Sequence record: NC_079180.1
Origin: Escherichia phage SKA49
Length of the DNA: 51,548 bases
Direction: 5' to 3' (one strand)
Shown: one piece after another, positions 16,442 to 25,936 of the stretch
Numbering within the stretch: the first letter of the stretch is position 1
Layout: each line of letters begins with the position of its first letter
Program-made: the position numbers and the translations under genes
The notes under the pieces: model-generated
Database searches by the model: none
What the model saw: only the letters and a program-made list of their open reading frames with translations
What the model was told of the DNA's origin: nothing

Positions 16442-18205
16442 ATGAACGTCAAGCAATGTGTGGCTAAGATTAAGCACGATGTACCAGACTGTAAATCCAC
16501 ATCTGGCAAGTCTTTACAGGTTTGGTTGAATGTCGATGAAGCTGGTAATAAGAACTTCTCTGGTTACTGCTTTGCGTGTGGCGTTCTAGTACCAAATCCT
16601 TATGGCAATAATCCGGAGAACATTCCAGAGATTAAAGTCAAAACTCCAGAAGAAATTCAGGAAGAAGTTGATGAAATCACTGCTTGTCCTCCGTTTGATT
16701 TAACCCATCGCAGCATCGAGCCAGAATTCTGGAAAGCTGCTGGTGTCCGACTTCTGTATTCAGAGTATGATGGAAAGACTCCAAATGCTCTGGCACATGG
16801 CTACACCAAAAATGGTAAACTTGTTCGTTGGAAGATTAAACTTCTGAACAAGAAAGTTATGTGGTCAGTTGGCGACACTCAGGGTAACGACCCTTACAAC
16901 TGGATGGCTGCAAAAGCAATTGGCGGTAAGACACTGTTCATCACAGAAGGTGAAGAAGACTGCATCGCATTGCGTCAAATCCTCAAAACTATGAACCGTG
17001 GTGGTGCATATGAAGATTTGGATTTTGCTGTAATTAGTTTGAGTGACGGAAGTGATTCCGTACACAAATGCTTGTCGCCAGTTGCAGAAGAAATTAAGCA
17101 ACGTTGGGAGCAGGTTGTTATCGTATTTGATGATGATGAACCTGGACGTAAAGCTGCAAAAGAAGCGTGTCGATTGTTGCCTGGTGCAATGATTGCAACA
17201 CTTCCAGCTAACGATGCCAACGATTGTTTGAAGCGTGGCTTGCTCAAAGCTACTCAATCTGCTGTTGTGTTCCGTGCTGCTCGTCCTCTGCCTACAGCAC
17301 TTGTCAACAAAGAACTTCTTATGGAAGAGCTTGATGACGAGGTTGAACAGGGTGTGGACTATCCTTGGCCCAAGCTAACTGACTTAATGTTTGGTCAACG
17401 TCGAGCCGAAGTTATTACAATCGGTGGTGCAGAAGGTGGTGGTAAAACTACCTTGTCCCGTCAGATTGTGCATCACAACATTACCAAGCACGATTGGGGA
17501 GTGTTTACTGCATACATGGAGGAAACTCCTACAGAAACATTGCGCCGAATGGCTGGCCTTAATGACAACTTGCCATATTGGGAACCTGCGTTTACTCGTG
17601 AAGACCCTCGATATGATGAAGCTAAGTTCCGTCAAACTGCTGCGAAGATGCTTCGTAACATGGAGATTTGGGACCGCAAGCAAGCTGGAGAAGACCCTTA
17701 TGAAACCTGGGATGGGTTAAAGACGATTCTTCGTCAGATTGGACCAGACATTGATATGTTTGTCCTTGATAACTTAACCTACTTATCGGAAGGGATTTCT
17801 GCGTCAGAGAAGAACGACTTTCTGGGCAAGCTGTATGCAGACATTACAAAGTTAGCAGACCAGTACCAGTTCCACGTGAATATTCTGTCGCACCTTAACC
17901 CTGTGGCAAAAGGTCAACGACCTCATGAGGATGGTGGACGTATTAAGAAGTCAGACTTTACTGGCTCACGTGCTGCTGCTAAATATTCTCATGGTATGTT
18001 CGGCTTTGAGCGTAATAGCCAGGCAGTTGACCCAAACTGTTCTATTATTCGTTCCATCAAAGCTCGTAAGAGTGGTAAAACAGAAGGCTTCAAGACGTAT
18101 TATGACACCGAATCTGGTCGAATTATTCAACGTTCTTGGGATGACTCTCTGTTCGAAACTAAAGAGATTGTTCAACTTACTAAGAAGAACGGTCCACACC
18201 AATAA
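16442..18205 (+). CDS. DNA primase/helicase (zinc-finger, TOPRIM and DnaB-like helicase domains)
   Basis: Zn-binding SGYCFACGV; TOPRIM LFITEGEEDCIAL and VFDDDEPGRKAA; Walker A GGAEGGGKTT; Walker B-like MFVLDNLT. Confidence 0.85.
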   Translation: MNVKQCVAKIKHDVPDCKSTSGKSLQVWLNVDEAGNKNFSGYCFACGVLVPNPYGNNPENIPEIKVKTPEEIQEEVDEITACPPFDLTHRSIEPEFWKAAGVRLLYSEYDGKTPNALAHGYTKNGKLVRWKIKLLNKKVMWSVGDTQGNDPYNWMAAKAIGGKTLFITEGEEDCIALRQILKTMNRGGAYEDLDFAVISLSDGSDSVHKCLSPVAEEIKQRWEQVVIVFDDDEPGRKAAKEACRLLPGAMIATLPANDANDCLKRGLLKATQSAVVFRAARPLPTALVNKELLMEELDDEVEQGVDYPWPKLTDLMFGQRRAEVITIGGAEGGGKTTLSRQIVHHNITKHDWGVFTAYMEETPTETLRRMAGLNDNLPYWEPAFTREDPRYDEAKFRQTAAKMLRNMEIWDRKQAGEDPYETWDGLKTILRQIGPDIDMFVLDNLTYLSEGISASEKNDFLGKLYADITKLADQYQFHVNILSHLNPVAKGQRPHEDGGRIKKSDFTGSRAAAKYSHGMFGFERNSQAVDPNCSIIRSIKARKSGKTEGFKTYYDTESGRIIQRSWDDSLFETKEIVQLTKKNGPHQ

Positions 18206-18212
18206 CAGAGCT

Positions 18213-18244
18213 GCTACGCTGCATGGTTCGCCCACCAGCGTAGC
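18213..18244 (+). promoter_or_regulatory. stable hairpin GCTACGCTG-(14 nt)-CAGCGTAGC between helicase and polymerase genes
   Basis: Perfect 9-bp inverted repeat; candidate RNA processing or attenuation site. Confidence 0.3.
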
Positions 18245-18270
18245 CCTCACCAATCCATTGGAGCCATACT

Positions 18271-20205
18271 GTGTTGTATCCTTGGGAAAATATGTATGCC
18301 AGTGACATTGAAACAACTGGCCTGTTGGAGCAAATGCGCAAGCAAGCTGCACCACGTCTTCACAACATCGGATATATTGATGTTCTGACTCGTGAAGAAA
18401 CTGTAATAGAATGGACCGACAGAAAATCTATCCAGGCATTTCTGGATACAGGCCCAACACTAATCATGCACAACGGCGCAACCTTTGACTTTGAAGCACT
18501 GAGGTTCCTTGGTTACGACGTTTCAAAATGTACACTAGTTGATACCTTGTTTATCAGTTGGTATCTGCAACCTCGTCGTGTTAAGCACGGTTTAGAAGGT
18601 TACGGCGAAGAGTTTGGTGTGCCAAAACCAGTCATTGAGGATTGGGAAAATCAAACTCAAGAAGAGTACAACCATCGTGTGATGGAAGACTGCAAGATTC
18701 AGTTGAAGCTGTGGGAACAGCAATACATTCAACTCTTGAAGATTTATAAATCTCCTAGCGAAGTTAAGCGCTTCGTTGAATATCTGATGACAAAAGCTCG
18801 TCAACAAGTTATTCAACAACGTACTCGCTGGAAGTTAAACATTGAGAAGGCATTGGCATTTAAGGCCAAGCTGGAACCAATGATTAAAGAGAAGACGGAC
18901 GCATTGGAAGCATCAATGCCACGTATTCCAGAATATGTTATCAAAACCCGTCCAGCTAAATGCCACAAGTTGAACGGACAACTGTCTGCCGCTGGTATTA
19001 AGTGGAAGGCTATATGTGATGCGAACGGTTTGGATTGGAAAGACCCAGAGATAGGTATCAGAATCTTAAAGGGCTATAAAGAACCGAACGCTGGTTCTCA
19101 CGTACAGATTAAGGATTGGTTGTTCAGCTTAGGTTGGGAACCAGAAACATTTAAGTTTGACCGCAATAAGGAAACAGGTGAAACCCGCCAGATTCCTCAA
19201 ATCACTGTGAAGGATGAAGATGGCAATCCTGAAATATGTCCAAGCCTGCATAAGTTGGCGGAAAGAAACCCCGAATCTGGTATTCAACATCTTATTGGGA
19301 TGGGCGTGTATAAACACCGTCTCTCTGTTGTTAATGGTTTCCTTCGCGACGTCGATGAAGACGGATACCTTACTGCACGATGTGGTGGCCTTACCAATAC
19401 TTTACGTCTTAAACACCGCGAACTTGTTAACCTCCCTTCTATTCGTGTATTTGGCGGTGAAGAACTGCGTTCAATGTTGGAAGCGTGGCGCGAAGACTAC
19501 GAACAGTTAGGCTCTGACTTGTGCTCACTGGAAGACCGTTGTAAACACCACTTCCAATGGATGTATGACCCTGAATACGTTAAGAAGCAGTTGGCACCAG
19601 ACTATGATGCTCACCTTGCAATTGGCGTAATTGGTGGATTTATTACAGAACAGGAATCTCAGGACCACAAGGACGGAATTAAGAAGTGTAAACAACGTCC
19701 AATGTTTAAGACCACAAACTATGCTTGTCAGTATGGTGCTGGTGTGCCAACTGTAGCTCGTTCTGCTGGCTGTGACCAGACTACTGCTGCACGACTGCAT
19801 AAAGCATATTGGGACTTGAACTGGTCTATTAAAGAGATTGCTGCAAACACCAAAGTTATCACAGTTGATGGTCAGATGTGGCAACAGAATCCAGTAAACA
19901 AATTCTGGTATTCATTGCGTACAGAGAAAGACCGCTTCTCCACATTGTGTCAGGGTACTGGTGCATATGTGTTTGATGTTTGGTGTAACAACATCATTGC
20001 AATTTGTAATGAACGTTGGGGATGTGACCCACTTCTGTCTGGACAATTCCACGATGAATTGATTCTCCAGGTTAAGAAAGGTTTCCGTGATTTGTGGACG
20101 GACTTGCTTAATGAAGCAATGGACCGAACCAACAAAGAACTTAAACTCAATCGTGATTGTGCATGTGATGTACAATTTGGCGACAACTACGCGGAGATTC
20201 ACTAA
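18271..20205 (+). CDS. family A DNA polymerase with 3'-5' exonuclease motifs
   Basis: Exo I DIETTGL, Exo II HNGATFDFEAL, motif B KQRPMFKTTNYACQYG, motif C FHDE; GTG start with GGAG RBS (alternative ATG 18292). Confidence 0.85.
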   Translation: MLYPWENMYASDIETTGLLEQMRKQAAPRLHNIGYIDVLTREETVIEWTDRKSIQAFLDTGPTLIMHNGATFDFEALRFLGYDVSKCTLVDTLFISWYLQPRRVKHGLEGYGEEFGVPKPVIEDWENQTQEEYNHRVMEDCKIQLKLWEQQYIQLLKIYKSPSEVKRFVEYLMTKARQQVIQQRTRWKLNIEKALAFKAKLEPMIKEKTDALEASMPRIPEYVIKTRPAKCHKLNGQLSAAGIKWKAICDANGLDWKDPEIGIRILKGYKEPNAGSHVQIKDWLFSLGWEPETFKFDRNKETGETRQIPQITVKDEDGNPEICPSLHKLAERNPESGIQHLIGMGVYKHRLSVVNGFLRDVDEDGYLTARCGGLTNTLRLKHRELVNLPSIRVFGGEELRSMLEAWREDYEQLGSDLCSLEDRCKHHFQWMYDPEYVKKQLAPDYDAHLAIGVIGGFITEQESQDHKDGIKKCKQRPMFKTTNYACQYGAGVPTVARSAGCDQTTAARLHKAYWDLNWSIKEIAANTKVITVDGQMWQQNPVNKFWYSLRTEKDRFSTLCQGTGAYVFDVWCNNIIAICNERWGCDPLLSGQFHDELILQVKKGFRDLWTDLLNEAMDRTNKELKLNRDCACDVQFGDNYAEIH

Positions 20206-20450
20206 TGGTTGTTGTATCTATATTCGACAAAGTGGACCATTTACACTTTGTCAATAAAGGCGAAGACGCACGGGAAGCTGTGCTGTCTGTAATTACCGAG
20301 AATGCTGAAACATTATTTGGAAGTGATTCTGCTACCAATTCAGTGTATCAGGCATTCATTAAAACTTTATCTGGTCCTGTCGTCAATGAGCAAGAGTTAA
20401 TCTCTTGTATGAACGACCTGGACTTCTCCCTAGTTATCACTCAACTGTAA
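20205..20450 (+). CDS. hypothetical protein (81 aa)
   Basis: ATG overlaps polymerase stop; track ORF. Confidence 0.5.
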   Translation: MVVVSIFDKVDHLHFVNKGEDAREAVLSVITENAETLFGSDSATNSVYQAFIKTLSGPVVNEQELISCMNDLDFSLVITQL

Positions 20451-20466
20451 TTTAAAGGTACTCAAA

Positions 20467-21333
20467 ATGGCATTTGCTGCTCCTACACTGGCCTCGAACA
20501 AGACTCCTTCTGCTGCACCATTACTGGAAGCGGGTGGTTATCCTGCTCGTGTTTGCCGTATTATCGACCTGGGCTTACAGCCTGGTTCTGCTAAATATCC
20601 TACCCCGTCTCTGAAACTTCTGGTGACTTTCGAACTGCTCGACGAGTACATGAAAGAAGTTGACAGTGAAGGTAAAATGGTCATGGTTCAAGACCCAGAC
20701 GAAGATGACGGCATCATGATGGCGAAGAATCTTGAAGACAAGCCGCGTTGGTTTGACTTTGAGTTTACCTATAATGCTGACGGCTTCATGGGAGAGAACT
20801 CCCACATCTACAAATTCGCTAAGGCGATTGATGCACTGGAAGTTAAACCTAATCTGGAACAAGGCATTCAGGGCCATCCTGCCAAGAACCTGCCGGATTG
20901 GTTGGGCGAACCTCTGATTGTTGGCATTGTTCAGTATACCAAGCAGTCAGGTAAGAATGCGGGTCAGGTTGCGAACAAAGTTGCTACCTTCTCTCCGATG
21001 AAATCCAAAGAGAAGAAAGAAGCCAAAGCTCTGGTTAACCCGACTGTCTTCTTCGACATGTCCGAGCCGGACCTGGAAGTATTCAACAAACTGCCAGGTG
21101 GCGAATCTCCGTATGCAATCAAGAACCGTATCACTTCCGGTGTTGATTTCTACAAGACTAAGCTGTCTGCACTGTTAGGTGGCAAACCTGCTGATGATGG
21201 TGCTGTACCGAATCAGGCTTCTGATGAAGAAGTTGATGCAGCTATGAAAGCTGAACTAGAAGCACAAGCTGCTGCGAAAGCACAGCGTGAAGCTGAAGGT
21301 GGTGCTGCTGGCGGCACAGGTATGCCCTTCTGA
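20467..21333 (+). CDS. abundant replication-module protein of unknown function (288 aa); candidate ssDNA-binding or annealing protein
   Basis: Host-optimal codons; C-terminus ends Gly/Ala-rich then MPF; followed by strong terminator. Confidence 0.55.
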   Translation: MAFAAPTLASNKTPSAAPLLEAGGYPARVCRIIDLGLQPGSAKYPTPSLKLLVTFELLDEYMKEVDSEGKMVMVQDPDEDDGIMMAKNLEDKPRWFDFEFTYNADGFMGENSHIYKFAKAIDALEVKPNLEQGIQGHPAKNLPDWLGEPLIVGIVQYTKQSGKNAGQVANKVATFSPMKSKEKKEAKALVNPTVFFDMSEPDLEVFNKLPGGESPYAIKNRITSGVDFYKTKLSALLGGKPADDGAVPNQASDEEVDAAMKAELEAQAAAKAQREAEGGAAGGTGMPF

Positions 21334-21347
21334 TTGTTGAACAATAT

Positions 21348-21372
21348 GGCTCCTTCGGGAGCCTTTAATTTT
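21348..21372 (+). terminator. rho-independent terminator
   Basis: GGCTCC-TTCG-GGAGCC hairpin followed by TTTAATTTT. Confidence 0.7.
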
Positions 21373-21381
21373 GGAGTTTAA

Positions 21382-21810
21382 ATGAAGTGTTGTCGCATTT
21401 GTGGTGAATCCAAACCTCTTACTGACTTTGGTTGCACCAAGAAGAGTAAGGATGGTCGTGATACTATGTGCAAATCTTGCAAGAATGTGAGAAGCAGACA
21501 GCATTACAATCTAAACTCTAGTAGGATAAAAGAGCATCAACGAACTTACCTGGCAAGCAATAAAGAAACCAAGTATGCGTCGTCTGCTGCATATCGTAAT
21601 GGCTTCCCAAACAAAATTCGTGCACACCGTATGGTGAATGATGCGCTGCGAAGAGGGAAGATTTCAAAACAACCTTGTGAGTGCTGCGGAAACTTATCAG
21701 CGATTGCTCACCACGATGATTACCTCAAGCCAATGGTTGTACGTTGGCTGTGCAGAAAGCACCACGCTGAATGGCACAGAGATAATGGAGAAGCACTAAA
21801 TGGCAAGTAA
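21382..21810 (+). CDS. HNH endonuclease
   Basis: N-terminal CxxC...CxxC and CECCGNLSAIAHHDDYLKPMVVRWLCRKHHAEWH. Confidence 0.65.
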   Translation: MKCCRICGESKPLTDFGCTKKSKDGRDTMCKSCKNVRSRQHYNLNSSRIKEHQRTYLASNKETKYASSAAYRNGFPNKIRAHRMVNDALRRGKISKQPCECCGNLSAIAHHDDYLKPMVVRWLCRKHHAEWHRDNGEALNGK

Positions 21811-22825
21811 GAAGAAAATCCTTTTGCTGGTCGATTTTGATATGGTGGCATTTAGTCATTGTGCGGCAGAAGAATTTGGGAAAGAGCCAGAAGATATAAA
21901 TTTCTCAAAGATTCAAATGTCAATGGACTCTAAGATGGAGTTCTTGTCGAAGCGTTCTGGCGCAACTCATGTTATGGGTTTCGTATCTCCTTCTAAGACA
22001 ATGCGAAACGTGTTTGCCGAAAATTATAAAGGCAATCGAGATAACGTGTGGCGTCCAGAAAACTTAAAGAATGCCAAGGCCCACTTGCTTGTTGCATGGA
22101 ATGGGTATTGGATGAAAGGTCTGGAAGCAGATGACCTTCTCGCTGTATTCGCACGTCATGAATACGAAATGACAATGGGTAAACGTAATGAGATTAAGAG
22201 CCTCACTCGTATTGGTCCGTGCACATATGACGAAGTCTGGATTGCATCGTTGGACAAAGACTTGCGCCAAATCGGGCAGAATGGTGGTGTTGGTCCAGTA
22301 ATCAAACATTACCAATGGGAACGAGAAACCCAGGGTATTGGTGAGAAGGTTGTAACTCCTCAGGATTACGGCGAACTCAAACTAATCATCAAGGACAATG
22401 GCAAGTCGAAGAAGAAAGAAGTCAAAGGCAATGGCCCTAAATTCTTCTTGCATCAATTGCTTATTGGCGACTCAACGGATAACGTTATGGGTTGCGGAGT
22501 TCTTGAAGAAAGAATTTACAAAACTGGTGCCAAAGCCGGAGAAACTTATTTCCGTCGTGATGGCATTGGTGCAGTTGCTTCATTCGAAATGCTGGATGGT
22601 ACAACATCCTATGCAGAAGGTTTGAAGAAAGTTATTGGTGCATACATTATGCGCTTCGGAGATGGTTGGGAACAAGAGCTGCTCAAAGTGGGCCGTCTTG
22701 TTTACATGCACCATCAAATTGAAAAGGGTAATTGTGTTCGCTTGTGGCATTACAAGAACATTAACGAATACTTTGACCTTAAAGAGAATCGTATCCTCAC
22801 TCAAGAAGAGTATCTCCAGAAATAA
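21800..22825 (+). CDS. 5'-3' exonuclease / flap endonuclease
   Basis: ILLLVDFDMVAFS, GLEADDLLAVFA and LIGDSTDNVMGCG resemble Pol I 5'-exonuclease motifs. Confidence 0.8.
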   Translation: MASKKKILLLVDFDMVAFSHCAAEEFGKEPEDINFSKIQMSMDSKMEFLSKRSGATHVMGFVSPSKTMRNVFAENYKGNRDNVWRPENLKNAKAHLLVAWNGYWMKGLEADDLLAVFARHEYEMTMGKRNEIKSLTRIGPCTYDEVWIASLDKDLRQIGQNGGVGPVIKHYQWERETQGIGEKVVTPQDYGELKLIIKDNGKSKKKEVKGNGPKFFLHQLLIGDSTDNVMGCGVLEERIYKTGAKAGETYFRRDGIGAVASFEMLDGTTSYAEGLKKVIGAYIMRFGDGWEQELLKVGRLVYMHHQIEKGNCVRLWHYKNINEYFDLKENRILTQEEYLQK

Positions 22826-22836
22826 TTGGAGTTGGA

Positions 22837-23361
22837 ATGGCTTACGGTTATTGTGGAACGGAAGCCAAGTTTGTATCTTGGCTCCAATCTGCTATTCGAA
22901 GTGTTTGGTCTAAACACCCAAGCAAACTCGCGCTGATACAATCTCGACGCATTGCATTGAAGGTCGGCGATTCAAAGAAACCAATCTTCCACATTCAATG
23001 CTACCATTGCAAGAAGTTGTATAAGCTCAAAGAGATTGAAGTAAACCACAAAGTTCAGGTTGGTGGGCTCCTTAAGTTGGAAGACCTACACCGCTTTGTG
23101 GACAACCTTCTACTGGTTCAGCCAGAAGATTTGGAATTGCTGTGTAAAGATTGTCACGGCATTATTACATACATGGAACGATATGGTGTATCCCGACGTG
23201 ATGCAGTCATTGAGAAGAAGTGTATTGCATTTGCCAAATTAACTGACGAAGAGCAAATTGCCAAGTGCAATCTTGCTAAAATAGAGCCAGTTCCTAAAAC
23301 CAAAATCGGACGCAAGAATGCTGTTCGAGAATACCTGAGAAAGAATCTTAATGTCTATTAA
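22837..23361 (+). CDS. HNH-like endonuclease domain protein
   Basis: CYHCKK...EVNHKVQVGG...LCKDCHG arrangement. Confidence 0.55.
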   Translation: MAYGYCGTEAKFVSWLQSAIRSVWSKHPSKLALIQSRRIALKVGDSKKPIFHIQCYHCKKLYKLKEIEVNHKVQVGGLLKLEDLHRFVDNLLLVQPEDLELLCKDCHGIITYMERYGVSRRDAVIEKKCIAFAKLTDEEQIAKCNLAKIEPVPKTKIGRKNAVREYLRKNLNVY

Positions 23362-24106
23362 GCTCCTCGATGACGGTACAAGATACACAAAGGCTCACGC
23401 ACATGATTGGGAAGACCCAGACTGCCGTATCAAAGGGCGCTGTGAACTCTTCATCAAGATTGACGGAATTCGAGCTATCCGTAATAAATCAGGTAGTGTC
23501 TGGAGTCGTAATTCCAAACCCCTACCTCATTTGGACCACTTACAGTTCAGAGATGCTGAGATATTCCGTAATAGTTGGAATGAGACTTCTAGCATCCTCG
23601 GACGTATTGACCCGCCAAGCATCCCACTAACCCAGGACAATGTGTATGAGTTGAGTGATGGTGCTGTTGACCCACGCCTGTACATCGGCTGGTGCAAAGA
23701 CCCAAGCAATGAAAACCTTAAGGCATTGATGGATAAATATCTGGCGCTTGGTCATGAAGGTATCATTGTCCGTGATGCAAGAGGTAAATGGTGGAAGATT
23801 GTACCATATAAATACGCCGATGTGAAGATTACTGGTATGAAAGAAGGTACTGGTGCTCTTAAAGGTATGTGTGGTTCTATCTCCTCGAACTACGGCAGTG
23901 CTGGTTCAATGGTGAAAGATTGTCTGGCAGACCACGGCATTCCAGAATCTAACACATTGATTCGTAAGTGGTTGTGGGAACATCGCCACGAACTAATTGG
24001 TTCGATTATGCAAGTTCGATATCGTGAGAAGACAGAAGCTGGTAAGTTCCGGTTCCCGTCACTCGTCCGTTTACGTGCAGACAAAAGTGAGGAAAGTTTT
24101 GATTAA
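23351..24106 (+). CDS. ATP-dependent DNA ligase (compact)
   Basis: Motif I FIKIDGIRA (KxDG); LGHEGIIVRDARGKWWKIVPYKYADVKI resembles motifs IV-V. Confidence 0.75.
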   Translation: MSIKLLDDGTRYTKAHAHDWEDPDCRIKGRCELFIKIDGIRAIRNKSGSVWSRNSKPLPHLDHLQFRDAEIFRNSWNETSSILGRIDPPSIPLTQDNVYELSDGAVDPRLYIGWCKDPSNENLKALMDKYLALGHEGIIVRDARGKWWKIVPYKYADVKITGMKEGTGALKGMCGSISSNYGSAGSMVKDCLADHGIPESNTLIRKWLWEHRHELIGSIMQVRYREKTEAGKFRFPSLVRLRADKSEESFD

Positions 24107-24725
24107 ACGATTAGCTGTTATTCTCAATGGACCTCCTGGCTGCGGCAAAGACACCATTGCAAATAAGATTGTTGCTGCTGAGGAACCTTACTTCCTCGGC
24201 AAACGCAAATTCATTAAACACCAGTTTAAGGATGCACTGTATGAGCATACTGCCAAACACTTTCAAGTTGATGTGGACAAGTTTATCCACTACGCTTCGG
24301 ACCGTGACCTCAAAGACTCTATCTCCCTTGCAGGTCTTGGTGGCAGAACACCTCGTCAGGCTCTTATTCACGTTAGCGAAGACGTGTATAAACCTCGCCA
24401 CGGACAAGACTACTTCGGTAAGGTTGAGGCTGCTCGTGTTGAAGAACTCGCGGGGCGTATGGGTGGCATTATTAATGTCATTTATCCCGATGGCGGTTTT
24501 GGTGATGAAGTCGTTGCCATTGAGTCTGCTTATGATTTTGTCCTCATTGTGCGTTTGCATCGTGATGGTTTTGATTTCACGGGCGATTCTCGCAGATACA
24601 TCAACCTCCCAGACACACCTACCCGCGTAACAGTGGATGAACATCTAGTTGATGGTAAAGTGGGTGATTCTGTATTCAAAGTGTTCAACTGGATTGAACG
24701 CGTAACTTATCAAGTAGAGAAATAA
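24099..24725 (+). CDS. deoxynucleoside monophosphate kinase-like P-loop protein (start uncertain: TTG 24099 or GTG 24087)
   Basis: P-loop LNGPPGCGKDT resembling T4 gp1 GxxRSGKDT; GAGGA before TTG; in frame with track ORF 23997..24725. Confidence 0.55.
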   Translation: MIKRLAVILNGPPGCGKDTIANKIVAAEEPYFLGKRKFIKHQFKDALYEHTAKHFQVDVDKFIHYASDRDLKDSISLAGLGGRTPRQALIHVSEDVYKPRHGQDYFGKVEAARVEELAGRMGGIINVIYPDGGFGDEVVAIESAYDFVLIVRLHRDGFDFTGDSRRYINLPDTPTRVTVDEHLVDGKVGDSVFKVFNWIERVTYQVEK

Positions 24726-24727
24726 TC

Positions 24728-25327
24728 ATGTCTTGTATGACCCAAGTTGTTGCAGTTAAACGAGTGCATCCTAATGCGAAATTACCTGTGTACGCTACTG
24801 CTGGCGCTGCTGCTGCTGACGTTTGCACTATCTCCGATAGCACTGTTGTTATCAATCCCGGCTGCTCTGCTGTTTTCGATACAGGCCTCCAATTCGAGAT
24901 TCCAGTTGGATACGAACTCAAAGTACATAGCCGTTCTGGTCATGGCTTTAAGTCTGGTATTCGCTTGGCAAACTGCACAGGAATTCTGGACTCCGATTAT
25001 CGTGGTAATCTTATGGTTAAGCTGCACAATGACTCGGACACAGCCTTTGTGGTTCAACCAGGTGAACGTATTTGTCAGGTGCAAGTTAGTAAAGCTACTC
25101 AACACCATTTCGTTGAAGTTGACAGCTTGAATGAAACTGCTCGTGGTGTAGGTGGCTTTGGTTCTACTGGACGTGTAGAAGTTGGTCAGTACGACCCAAG
25201 TCTTATCGTTCCATCAAACGGCTCACACTCGCACAGCATGTCTGTTGTTGGCGAAGGCACAACGGCCTTTGTTTCAGGAACAACTTCAATTGGTACCCAC
25301 ACTCGCGGGGCCGAACGTTACAAATAA
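24728..25327 (+). CDS. dut: dUTP pyrophosphatase
   Basis: dUTPase motifs RSGHG, GILDSDYRG, GERICQ, RGVGGFGSTG. Confidence 0.9.
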   Translation: MSCMTQVVAVKRVHPNAKLPVYATAGAAAADVCTISDSTVVINPGCSAVFDTGLQFEIPVGYELKVHSRSGHGFKSGIRLANCTGILDSDYRGNLMVKLHNDSDTAFVVQPGERICQVQVSKATQHHFVEVDSLNETARGVGGFGSTGRVEVGQYDPSLIVPSNGSHSHSMSVVGEGTTAFVSGTTSIGTHTRGAERYK

Positions 25328-25345
25328 ATCTGGAACCTATCTGAA

Positions 25346-25675
25346 ATGAAACTGTCCTCACCTGTTGTAGTAAATAGCCGCAAAGTTAGATTTGCATATC
25401 TCAAGTCCAATGTCACCTCCACTGGTGGCGGGACTTATCTCACCCGTGCACTTGCAGTTCGCAACGAAACAGGTGCGGATGTTATCGTTTTCATGCTCCC
25501 TCATGGTGAAAACACAATCAAGAACGTCGAACGTATCAAGCGTGGGCGCGAAGATTTAATGTCGGCTGTTAAGCCGCTGATACTGCCATTTAAGATTGTG
25601 GTGGTTGTTGGTTCTACCCAAACATATCTGGAAGATTTCTATAAAGATATGGCCTGGAGCGATATTAAATATTAA
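25346..25675 (+). CDS. hypothetical protein (109 aa)
   Basis: Track ORF upstream of packaging module. Confidence 0.5.
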   Translation: MKLSSPVVVNSRKVRFAYLKSNVTSTGGGTYLTRALAVRNETGADVIVFMLPHGENTIKNVERIKRGREDLMSAVKPLILPFKIVVVVGSTQTYLEDFYKDMAWSDIKY

Positions 25676-25692
25676 GCGACACGCGTAATTAT

Positions 25693-25710
25693 GGAGGCTA
25701 TCTGGCCTCC
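25693..25710 (+). promoter_or_regulatory. hairpin GGAGGC-TATCTG-GCCTCC nested in GCGAC...GTCGC inverted repeat
   Basis: Perfect 6-bp stem in the 55-nt spacer before gene 25731. Confidence 0.3.
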
Positions 25711-25730
25711 TATCTTATTCGGAGTCGCTT

Positions 25731-25916
25731 ATGCGCACAATACAATGTCCTAACTGCCATTATGAAATTGCAGAAGATGATTTCATAACGCAGCAATGTC
25801 CTATCTGTGATTCATACATGCCACTAAACCGCCTGTATTTAAAGGCCGATTCTGGTTTAGGCAGCATCATTCGCATCAATCCCGTGCAAACTCAGCCATT
25901 AGTGGATTGTGATTAA
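25731..25916 (+). CDS. small zinc-ribbon protein (CPNCH...CPICD)
   Basis: Two CxxC pairs; GGAG RBS. Confidence 0.5.
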   Translation: MRTIQCPNCHYEIAEDDFITQQCPICDSYMPLNRLYLKADSGLGSIIRINPVQTQPLVDCD

Positions 25917-25936
25917 AAAACAAAGAGAACGAATCA

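Noticed and set aside
24111-24644. 177-aa minus-strand ORF overlapping the dNMP kinase gene
   Set aside because: Antisense to a + strand gene with a clear P-loop motif; no RBS; low-complexity translation.
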